A DNA stretch of 64,000 nt from contig NC_135655.1 in assembly GCF_964188315.1 (NCBI RefSeq), positions 42,532,001 to 42,596,000 of the forward strand. Reading direction: 5' to 3'. A program made the translations under genes and the position numbers. This DNA is from Podarcis muralis. Lineage: Eukaryota. Below the pieces are notes generated by a model, which worked only from the letters and a program-made list of their open reading frames with translations, made no database searches and had not been told where the DNA came from. This document shows positions 24,000 to 35,600 of the stretch, one piece after another. Each line of letters opens with the position of its first letter. Within the stretch, counting starts at the first letter, position 1.

Positions 24000-24620
24000 G
24001 AACTGTTCCAACTGCAAACCTTTCTCTCGCCACCCATCGGCTCAGATGAATATACCGTCGCCCTTGAGCAAACGCTATGCCGTGTGCGGTACGACGAATG
24101 TCCTGAAGAATGACAACAACTCTCCCGAGAAGCCACAGAACGTTTCGTGGGCTCCTGCCTATCCCTTTCCCGGCGGTGGCTCCGTAGGCCTCACCGCACG
24201 GAGGCCGCCATGTTGTACGGAACGAGGGCGCTGCCGCGCCGCCTATCCGAAACCGCCATTTAGGCCTTGAAGCGAGGTTGGCGGTTGGAGGCGCATGCGC
24301 GCAATCTGGCGGTTATTTTGAATCCCGCGGAGCCTAGTCGGGCGCTGTGCCTTCAGTCGCGGCGAGGCCTCAGAGGAGACGGGTGTGCGGCTGAAGGTGA
24401 GCGGGGAGCGAGGGCGTCGCGCCAGAAGCGTCGGCGTGAGGGGAAGGGAGCGAGGCCTAGTCGGGCAAGTGGGGCGGGGGGCGCTTCGCGACCTCCCCAA
24501 ATCTCCTTCCTCGCGTGACTCTGGGCTCGGCGCTGGCGGCCCTGAAGCGGCTCCAGCCGGGAGTGCTGCTCCCTCCCTCGCCCTCCTGCTCTCCACCCTC
24601 GCCGAGTTGCTTTAACCCCG
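24000..24620 (+). promoter_or_regulatory. KNL1 CpG-island promoter and non-coding exon 1
   Basis: CpG-rich tract. Donor GAAG|GTGAGC at 24396/24397. CDE/CHR GGCGG-ttat-TTTGAA at 24308-24322. Confidence 0.8.
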
Positions 24621-24624
24621 GTTT

Positions 24625-25020
24625 CTTTTTCTTTTTAAAAATTATTTAATTTTCACCTTTTGAAATTTACAACCAACCAAAATAAAAAGAGAGTTCCATG
24701 CATTCCCCTGAACTTTCTCTCCTCCCCTTTGTGTATGTTAACTTCTTTCCTCCCGTATCTTCTCTATTAAATCTCCATGACAACCGTTAAACTACAAGTC
24801 TCATTCCAATCCTACTAATATTTTTCATTGTTTGAAATGATTTTTAAGGTAAATTATATATTTTTCCCTATTCTTTATTTAAAAATTTGGTCTTCCTGGT
24901 TTCTAATTCTTCCGGTCATTTTTGCTATTCGGGCATAATCCATCCGTTTAATCTGCCACTCTCCTCTCTGGTAGGGCCTGTGTCTTCTTTCAGTCTCTGG
25001 GCTAACAACATCTGAGCAGC
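24625..25020 (-). mobile_element. L1/Tx1-like 3' fragment
   Basis: The minus strand reads roughly AAQMLLAQ..PTREEWQIK.MDYA.IAKMTGRIRNQ, homologous to the ORF at 13990. Confidence 0.7.
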
Positions 25021-25529
25021 TTTCCCCTAATTTCTTTCCCGCCTTGACCCATTTCTAGCGCGCGACATTGACTTAAACGCGGCTTACTTCCGAGTAAACC
25101 GTGCACTGCGGGCAACCTCGAGTTAGCGCATTTCTCCTGGCGCCTTTGTTGGAAGTAAGGAAAAGGCAAGTGAGGCAATATTTTATATAGTACTGCCAGA
25201 AGTTCCTGCCTCTGGCTTGCTAGATTTAGGCTGCAGGCCCACTTTCTTGGGAGTAAGCTCCCTTGCTTTTGAGTAGACGTTTATAGGAGTGTGCTGCTAA
25301 AGGCCCAGTTTAAAGAGTCATTTGTGATAATTGAATTACATCATGGTGGTATCCCGTCCCCCCTGAGATGCGCTTTGAAGAAGGAATACTTTCAAACTAA
25401 CTCACCTGATGATGGGGGGGGGGGGCGGTAGGAAAAACTAAATGACAGCAGAAACTGGAGGAGAAGTTTACCGGAAAGATGACAGCTGGCTTAAGATTTT
25501 ATGTTGTGAACCATGGTATATACTACTAA

Positions 25530-25695
25530 TAATATTTTTTATTATTTATACCCCGCCCATCTGGTTGGGTTTCCCTAGCCACTCTGGGAGGCTTCCAACA
25601 AACTATTAAAAATACAATAAAACATCAAACATTAAAAACTTCCCTAAACAGGGCAGCCTTCAGATGTCTTCTAAAAGTCAGATAGTTGTTTCTTT
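25530..25695 (-). mobile_element. L2 LINE 3' end
   Basis: Reverse complement of the L2 tail seen at about 29990-30200. Confidence 0.65.
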
Positions 25696-26250
25696 TAATA
25701 CAAATTCAATAAATAAATAATAAAAAAGACGGGGGGGTAGCATTTCTGCGGTCCTGTGAAGTTAAGTGGGTGGCTACATTGGAAGTTATGGAATAGCTTC
25801 TCCAGAGAGGCTCGCCTGGCGTCTTCTTTATGGTCTTCCCACCCATTGAAGATCATTTTATTCACTCACACTTATGAATTTGTGTTTTAAAACCAATCCT
25901 AGTCTTTCAATATTTAAATGTGGTTATAACTAAACTATACACTTTTGCTCTTTCAGTATGATTTTTATTCTGGCCTGCAAATTGTGTTATTCTGTAGTAG
26001 AAGGAACATCTTATTGTTTTTATTGGGTTCTTTTTTAAAATTACTGTATTTTTTAGGTTTAATATTTTATAATGTGTTGTTTTGCTTTATAAGCTGTCTA
26101 GAGTTTTATTGATGGTAGCCAAATACTGTAGTGTCCATCATTTTTCATTTAATTTTGTCTCAAAGAACACCTGTGGCAGCTTGTTGTACTGTGCTTTCAC
26201 AGAGTTTTAAGACTAATTTTGCCCTTGTTTTAGGAAACCAGTCTTCCAAA

Positions 26251-26626
26251 ATGGACAAGATTTATTCCGAAATGAGTGATGAAAAGTAAGTTGTGCTTTC
26301 AGTGCATGCCTTTTATATGATGACAATTTGTTGTTCTTTATTTGCTGATTGTTATGTCTCTATCAGCTGGTGGCCTGTGAGATTACAATGCGTGTGCTTT
26401 GTATTTGAGTAATGACTGTTTACTTTCATAAAAGTTCTGAAATTTTAAACCTGTATTTTACTTTTCAGAAAGTCTCTTGCTTTTCACTGTAAACAATTTT
26501 GCATAAGGTGTGTTGAGGAGGATTGAGGTTTAACTTTCACAGAGTTTTGCTTTTTCTTTTTTAGTGACTTCACAGAGGGCAGAAAGAAAAGAAGGATTTC
26601 CTCAGTAAGTGTAACTTTGAATAAGA

Positions 26627-26679
<53 letters not shown>

Positions 26680-29600
26680 TTTTAGAAGAAATGTAGCAAT
26701 TAGTTAGGCCAGTCAAATGACCACGCAGCAGTCAGAGAAATAAAGCAAGAAAGTTTTAATTATTTGCCGGCAGCAAGCAATGGCAAAGAGGAATAAGTTC
26801 CAAAGTCCGGCCCCTCCAAACAGGGGAGGCTTCCCTTTATACAGTACATTCTTAAATCAGGTCTTTATCCAATCAAAAGTTACAGCATTACACATACTGT
26901 ACAGTACTCAGATAGATACATTAGGTTCCACCTGGAGACAAGAACTGCTTTGCCTAGAGATTGTGTTCCAGATGGATACATTAGGTTCTGCCTAGAGATA
27001 AGGCATGAGGAGTTGGACATTCATGTCTTCCATGTCCTTATGTGGTAATGTTTATCAGCCTGTCTCTGTGTGTCTCTGGGTAGTGGGTGTCTGAGTGTAC
27101 AGTGGTGCCCCGCAAGACGAAAAACTCGCTAGACGAAAGGGTTTTCCGTTTTTTGAGTCGTTCAGCAAGACAAATTTCCCTATGGGCTTGCTTCGCAAGA
27201 TGAAACGTCTTGCGAGTTTCTTTCCTTTTTCTTAAAGCCGCTAATAGCCGTGCTTCGCAAGACGAAAAAACCGCAAGACGAAGAGACTCGCGGAACGGAT
27301 TAATTTCGTCTTGCGAGGCACCACTGTATTTACTGGATATGGGGGCCTGGCCAAATCAACAGAATGGCTTCCTTGCTTAACATTTTAACTCTCAAAATGG
27401 CTTCCCTGAGTACGTTGCCACAGTAGATTGTAGTAATCCTGACTTCACTCGCTTGTACAGAGAGAAATTAGTTCATTGGTCTTATCCTCCTGTTAGTGAT
27501 TTTGAATTTGTTGTGCTAATGATTATAGTTGGCCTGATTACATCCTACATTTTGTCATTTTATTGTGTAACCCACCTGATGAACAGTGGGAAATAAATGC
27601 ATAAAATAAATAAAATAAAAATAAATGCAATGCAAAACCTTTGCAATTATCTATGTATTACCCACTTTATTCCTGTCCTAGGGATAACTTTATTCCTGTC
27701 CTGCAGCTACATACATACATACATATATAATTTTATTTGTGTGCCACCTTTCCGCAGTTAAAACCATGCTCAAGGTGGCTTACAACATGAAAAATATATA
27801 CAGTGGTACCTTGGGTTACATATGCTAAAGTGGTGCTCCAGCTTAAGAACAGTTTCAGCTTAAGAACGGACCTCTGGAACGAATTACCGTATTTTTCGCC
27901 CTATAGGACGCACTTTTTCCCCTCCAAAAATGAAGGGGAAATGTGTGTGCGTCCTATGGGGCGAATGCAGGCTTTCGCTGAAGCCTGGAGAGCAAGAGAG
28001 GTCGGTGTGCACCGACCCCTCTCGCTCTCCAGGCTTCAGGAGAGCCGCAGCACCAGCCCCACAAGGTCGGGGGACAGCGGGGAGGCGGAACGGCGCCATC
28101 CCGCTGTCTCCCGATGTGGTTTGGAGGCTGACGGCGGGGAGACGCGTACTTCTCCCCGCTGCCAGCCCCGCAAGCTCAGGGGACAGCTGGGAGGCGCAGC
28201 GCGTCTTCCCGCTGTCCCTGGAGCTGATCTGAAGGCGGGCGGCAGGGAGAAGAGCGCTTCTCCCCGCTGCCTGCCCCGCAAGCTCCGGGGACAGCGGGGA
28301 GGCGCAGCGCGTCTTCCCGCTGTCCCTGGAGCTGATCTGAAGGCGGGCTGCGGGGAGAAGAGCGCTTCTCCCCGCTGCCGGCCCCACAAGCGCCTGGGGG
28401 GGGATTTCCCCCCCTTTATTTCCCCCCAAAAAAACTTGGTGCGTCCTATGGGGCGAAAAATACGGTAAGTACTTAACCCAAGGTACCACTGTAATTACAA
28501 ATATAACAAAAGTAGTCATAAACGATAAAACATCAAAAGGTATACAACCAAACTGAAACAATTTCCGCATAAATCATAACATCCAACACAAAGATACAAA
28601 AAATTAATAACAGCAGCACTCCTGCTTCCAAAACAGTGTATCATCCCCCCCCCCCCAAAAAAAATACCATAGCAGCTGGAGTCAGGGCTGCACTCTCCTA
28701 GGCCAGGTAGAAAAAGGCCTGCAAGGCAGGGAGCAGGACTTCCCAGACTCAAAGAACATATCATAATGAAATTCTAAATATTCTGTTCAGCAATCGAGAC
28801 TCTAAACATTACATATATGTTGTGTCTCTTTCTGTAATGGTGGCAAAAAAGAGAGAGCTAATTTTCTGACACTAAATGTACTCTGCTCTTACAGAGCATC
28901 ATGATCTAAAACTCTGCATTTTGTGACAATTCTGTCAATAATAGGCTAAAACATATTTTTTAAACATTAGTTTAAGCTGTCATATTAACCTATATTTAAT
29001 ACATATGCCAAGTTTCCTGCTTTCTGAGTTATCATGCAAAGTGAAACTTCTAGAACAATCTGTAGACTGAATCTTAAGCCATTTGTGCGTAGGGAAGGGG
29101 GAAAGCCTCAGCCAGATTTTATAGAAATTCTTGCTACTGCAGCTCTGCAGACAAAAATGCAAGCAACTGTTTAGTTCCAAGTGTCTTGCAGTGTTATCTA
29201 TGGAAATAATGCTACAACAGTGTATGAAGTTCATTTCCATACATGAAAATGTTTATTTGGATTGCAGACATAGCAAATACATTTGGTAATTTTCTTTAGG
29301 ACAGTTACATTCTTCTTTTCAGTTGGAGTGTGTTCATCTGCCTTTGACTTGAAATATTCAGACTGCCAGTCTTGGTTATTAAAAATTACAATGATAGTAA
29401 GGAATGAATTACTATCCTGAGTGACAATTCAGAAATCTGCTTTAAGTGCATTAGTGCATTCTGAAAGGCTTTATCTTTGAGACATATGCATACAGTACTA
29501 CTATTTTGAACAGCAGAAGTTGTTCTACAAACCAGAAATCTGTTTATTGTGTAATATGCAATGTGGCTTTAAGAAATAGTTTTGTTGTTGCTTCAGAAAT

Positions 29601-32600
29601 TGTTTTCTCAATGATGCCTATTTCCTTTGTAGATTTTAAAAGCTCCCCAGACCCCTCTCCGTGACTTAGGGAGTGGAAATGAATTAACTCAGGTAGGCGT
29701 TACATTACATACAAGTGAGGTCATCTCCAAATGTGAGTCAGTGTCTGTAACCTACCACTGGTTAGTTTTTTTAAAAAGATGTCTATATTTTAAAAAGTGT
29801 ATAACTTCTTGACATGTTTATTTTGAAGTAGCCTTGTCTCAAGTTAGTGGGTGAAATTCACTGCTGCCATCCCACTTGCGGAGCAGCTTTCAATGCAGTG
29901 GCGTAGCCTGGTAATGTAATGTTGGGGAACCTCTGGTCTGCATGCCTAATTAAGCCTGTTAGGGGATCTATTTTGGCCCAGCCTGCCGGTGCTACATCTG
30001 ACATCATATACTACCTTCTCGGTAGTGGCGCCCGCCCTGTGGAACGCCCTCCCATCAGGTGTCAGATTAAAAACTACCTGAAATTTAGAAGACATCTGAA
30101 GGCAGCCCTGTTTCAGGAAGTTTTTAATGTGTGACATTTTAATGTATTTTTAATCTTTGTTGGAAGCCGCCCAGAGTGGCTGGGGTACAAATAAATTATT
30201 AGTATTAGTATTATTTATTATACGCCTGTGCAAGAGCCATCTATCAGTTGATTGGCTTCAATTAACAAGCCCAGTTTCTTAGCCCATAAAGTTTGATTTC
30301 ATTTCCAGTGGACAAAAGAAAATGGCATGTGCTTGAATCAAAATGGCGCACAGGGGTTGGAGGAGGTTTCTTCCACTTCCCCATTCCTGCTACAGCTCCT
30401 TAAATCTGCTTGGGGAACCTTTCAAAGCAGCATGAAAAATGTGTGGATGTGTTGCAAATGGACCAAGGAATCAGAGAAAAATGCCTCCCTTCATTTTACA
30501 TTAGCAGATTGCTCTGCTGGTTCAAAAGCATTGGATTTCACCCAACGGGTTAATTTGCATGTATGGGTGCAATCCAAACTGTCTATGCCACTGGGTGACT
30601 TGAAAACCAGCTCCATGAGCACTGGATATTTAGCATGTTTGCAATTTAAATGTGTTCAGGTACCATAGATACATAAGTCTGTTCCTAAAGGTTCATTTTC
30701 AATAATAACACTTAATATCAGGTATCCTGGTTGAAAGCTTTCATATAAAAGTTGCTGCCTATGCATTTAATTTCTGTGTTGCATATTCAGGACTGCAATG
30801 TTGAAAAACGTCAGAGAAACTCCAGGCGTGTCAGTTTTGCAGCTACTATCAGGTAAGCTTATTCTTAAAGTAGCATATCTACAAAACTGGTCTTGAAAGC
30901 AAACAGCCCCATACTCCACTTTAAAAAGCTATAGATCCTTATCAGCTGTCTACATTCTCTCTTAGATTGATAAGTGAAATGCTTGTTAAGGCAAGATTTA
31001 AAAATATCAATTTAGCTGCTCTTTACTTAATGAAAATGGGGTATGGGGTATTTAAAAATCCCAGCATACTGTTCTGACGGTCCTAAACAGCACTGTTATG
31101 CTACAGACTGGCATTACCACTTTTTAACACATTTGGAAACAGTTTGGAAGATGAATCATTGTGGTGTGTACTGACATCCCATTTGGTCTCATTGCATTGC
31201 AGATTTTTTTGCTTGTTTCAGAATATTCTAAATAGTGCCATTTGTGGAATGGAGACAGTTTCTAAGCACAAACAATAGAAACATATTTATTTTTATTTTA
31301 TGCTAGCATGGCTTAGTGATTAGGGTCAGCCTAGGACTGGGAGACCCAGGTTCATATCCCCACTTGACCTTGTGCCATTCATTCTCGCTTTTAGCATGAC
31401 CCATCTCCCAGGATTGTGAGAAGCAAGGGGAGAGAACTATTTTTAATTATTTAAAACATTTATGTACTGCTCTTCATCTAAATCATAACAGACTAGTTCA
31501 CAATATATGAATATAATGCATTTTAATATGTAGATTGTAGTGTAAGAAAATGCACCAAGATACAAATGACTGTATCCAACAATACATTACAACCAATCTA
31601 GGAATTAAAAGCAAATGAATGGATACGTTTTAAGAAAGGGCCAAAAACTCAGCCTGTCAATTATAAAAGGTTAAATCAAGTTTTAAAACTTTTATGTTAT
31701 AAAGGCTAACTGCTCTATCCACAATTAACTTGTGCACTCTCCCAATAGCATACTTTAGTTCCAACTTCGCATGAATGCAAGGGACTCCTTGTATCCTGAG
31801 CTGTGACAAAAACAAAGTCGGTGCACATATAGGGTTTTATTTAGGTTTTTTTATTGGGTTGTTGTATTTTGGTTTTATGTATTTGAACCGCCCTGAGACC
31901 TTCGGGTATAGGACGGTATAAAAATTAAATAAATAATATGAATGTTTGTTTTCTTTACAGCAAATATTTCCAAGTTAGTAAAATTGTAATTCCTTTTGTC
32001 TGTGTGTTTTAGCATCTTCCCATCAGATCCTCCAGCCACTGAGGTATCAGACCATACCGGTGAGAACTTTTGTTCATTTTTATGTTTTGGGATGATAACG
32101 AGAGCCTTATTACATTCACCAACATTAATGCTGATGTTTGTTTCATGATATTTTTTGTTTAATTTTAGGAACAGCAACAGCGAAGAACCAAGACACATTG
32201 AATCAGTAAGCCTGAAATGAATTGCCTAATTGAACAGATTTCTCAGTTTTAAAGTACAGTGGTACCTTGGTTTAAGAACAGCTTAGTTTATGAACAACTT
32301 GGATTAAGAACACTGCAAACCCGGAAGTAGGTGTTTTGGTTTGTGAACTTTGCCTTGGAATAAGAACGTTTCGCTTCCTGTTGAGTGTGTTCCATTTGTA
32401 AATTGAGTCCCCTCCTGGTATGGGAAAGCATGCCTTGGTTTAAGAACGCTCTTCCGGAATGGATTAAGTTCGTAAACCAAGGTACCACTGTAGTCTGAGA
32501 CATGATTTCCAGTCATATAATACTTCTACCAGTGTTGACTGCTTAATACAGTGTTTCCTAAACTTCTGGTAAATGGGAAATCATTTTTCATGGACTGAAA

Positions 32601-35600
32601 TTTCACCTGATAGGGTTTGTTCCTAGAGTGTGCAAGATGGCAATAGTCAGCCTCCTCTGAGGGCATAAAATCTAACTCTGGAGTGATTGGGCTACTCAGT
32701 GTATTGCTTTCTCATGGCATGCTGGTATATTCCAATAGACAATGTGAGAATGATTGACTTGATGAAGGGATCTACTGCATAGGAAACTTTATTACATGCC
32801 TTTAGAGCTGGAAGAGTGATTTAACTGATAACTGCATTTGTAATTGATCTTAATGGTGGGTTGGATTTCAATTAAAGTGCATGTAACAGGGTCATAGTAT
32901 AATAGAAGTAGTGGTATAATTCCAGCAGTTATAGTTCTGTTAATTGCTAGTTTTCCTGTTGAGATAATCTTTGATATAAATTAAATCAAGTTATGATTTA
33001 TTGTTATTGCCTTTTTAAGGAATGCAGAACTGGAGGCCGACCTGTGTAATATCACTGGTACGTATGAAAACAGCAATTACCTTTAAATATCCACTGCTTT
33101 TTGATAATATGTTAAAATTTTATATGATATGGTTTTGTAAATATATTTGCTACTTGGAAGTGACATAGATCATACTTAATTTGTGGCAATAAAGCCTCAG
33201 ATCCCATGTGGTGACATAGAAAGTTTGATTGCTGGAAGAACTAAACAGTCCAGCTGCTGTGAAGGATGAAGAAATTGTTGATTTTGGATTAGAACAGCAA
33301 TCCAACACCAGTGCCCTTTACACCAGACTGAAAGATTTGGATTGGGTGGAAGTGTACCTTTGCTACTGGCAGTATCCCTGTTGGTGGGGGCCAGCAGAAA
33401 GTCTCAAAACCGGGTATTCTGAGAGAAGGCGGGTTTGAGCTGGCCCAGGTTCCAATGGGTCCTAAGCTGGTTTTGCTGCCATCATGTGATGGCATTGGGC
33501 CTGATCAGAACTGACTGATGCACAAGCCTGGAGCTGACACAGGGATCAGACCTAATCCTGCCCTACCTTCCACTGTCGCCACTGAGAGCAGACTGGGTGG
33601 GTATGGATGCAGCAGTGGCTCTATTTCTCTGTAAAACCACACCAGTGGGAAGTTGGCTTGCACCCTGAAGCAGTGGTTTTCAACCTTTTTGAGTCCACAG
33701 CTCCCTTGGCCACCTTATTTCTGCAGCTCTCCTATGTGATACAAGTGAGTCCTCATTTATGTGGGGGTTCCATTCTGGACCACTGTTCACATCACCTAAA
33801 CACATAAGTGGGGATTCCCCTGTTCTGCTCCTGCCCCGCAGCTGAGCAAGTCCCGATGTCCCTGCTGCTTGCAAGCAGGAGGGACCTCAGGGCTTCTTTG
33901 CGAGGCTTAGCTGGGGGGTGGCAGGGCCCTCCAGCTGAGTGAGCTCCATGCCTCTCCAGCTCGTGCATGAAGCACTGGGGCTCACTCAGCTGGGGGGGGG
34001 GGGGGCAATAGCAGCCCAAAGAAGCCAAGAAAGGAACAAGCTGTATTATCCCAGTGATATTCCTCTCTCTGCAGTGTGAGGGGCAGAGCGATGGCAGCTT
34101 CACCCGGCAGTATATCACAGGTGAAACTGCAGCTGCTTGAGTCCCTCTGCTACCAGCGGCCGAATGTTGAAAGCGGTGCTGGTAGCAGAGGGACTCAGAA
34201 GTGGTGTCGGTGTCACCCGCAATATACTGCTGGGTAAAGCAGAAAAAAGCCATCACAGTCTGCTCCTCAAACCAGTCCTGCTCAATGTATCACTACATCG
34301 CCCAGGCCTAGGCAGACGTGAAGTAGCTGGGAGGGGCATGTTAGGGCTACTAGGGCTAACCTTTTCTAGATCATGGTCAATTCTCCAAGGGCCAAAGTGA
34401 AAATGGCCAGTTTTTACTTTGTGCAAAGTTTTTGTGATCTTCTTCATCAGTAAAATAAATAATTTAAAAAAAAATGGACGGATTCAGGGGGCTCTGAGTT
34501 AGAGTTAGGCCAAAAAAAGTTTGGATTCACAGCATGGGAATAATTGGTTCTTTTAAAAAAATGGACAAACCTTGATGGAGGCACACACAAGATCTCTTGG
34601 TCGGCCACCCCAGTCTGGAGTCTGATAGAATAATTGTGGCAGCTATGGCTCCTATGACCTAGCAACCCCCAGGTGGCAAGAAAAGCCAGGAAGCATGGTA
34701 GGTCTGAAATTCATGCATTAATTTGAACTAACCAGACAATACTTTGGCTTCAGAATGTCTGTTGCGTAAATAAACGATTTTTTGATTTTATTTTTTTTTT
34801 CCTTCTCAAAAGGGATGAACACCTTACTTCATGCTCCCATCAGGACACCTTTGCAACAATTGGAGGTAAAAAAATAAATACATTTGTTCCTCTAACATAA
34901 TACCATATATACTCAGGTATAAGCTGATCCGAATATAAGCCGAGGCACCTAATTTTAGCACAAAAAACTGGGAAAACTTAATGACTCAAGTATAAGCTGG
35001 TTCACCACACCACAAACCTGGTGGTGGCGGCAGTGGTGGAGGAAGAACAAGCAGCCCAAAAGGGCTGCTTTCCGGCTGCTCCTTCCTCCACCACCACCTC
35101 TGCCGCTCGCAAAGGCAGGCATAGGAGCCGCGGTTGGGAGCAGCGCAGTGCCCTTGTGAGAAGCGGGCGGCGGCAGCGGGACCAGCAGCGAGAAAGGGCT
35201 CCTTTCGGGCCTGTCATGCCGCCACCCGCCTCACTCGAGTATAAAATTCTGTATGCTAGCTTTCATCAATCAGATGTTCTTGGGCCTGCCCACCCCCCAT
35301 GTTGTTCAACTACAACTTCAATGATGTCATGGTGGCTGAGGTTGATGGGCCTTCTGGTCTAACATCTGGAGGACACCAGGTTGGCAAAGACTGCTGTCAA
35401 CAAAATAAAGAGCAACACACTGAAGAATACAGTGGTACCTCTGGATGCGAACGGGGTCTGTTCCAGAGCCCCGTTCGCATCCTGAAGCGAACGCAGCCCG
35501 TGGGTCACGATTCACTGCTTCCGCACATGCGCGTGATGTCATTTTGAGTGTCTGCACGAGCGGCAAAACCAGGAAGTAACGCGCTCCGTTACTTCCGGGT

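Noticed and set aside
27803-28570. 221- and 228-aa ORFs in KNL1 intron
   Set aside because: Products of the repetitive MITE interior.
31961-32012. Alternative KNL1 acceptor (TTTACAG|C AAA TAT TTC CAA), superficially similar to human KVFQ
   Set aside because: It reaches TAG at 32010-32012. As a micro-exon it would need a 39-nt intron and would break the frame.
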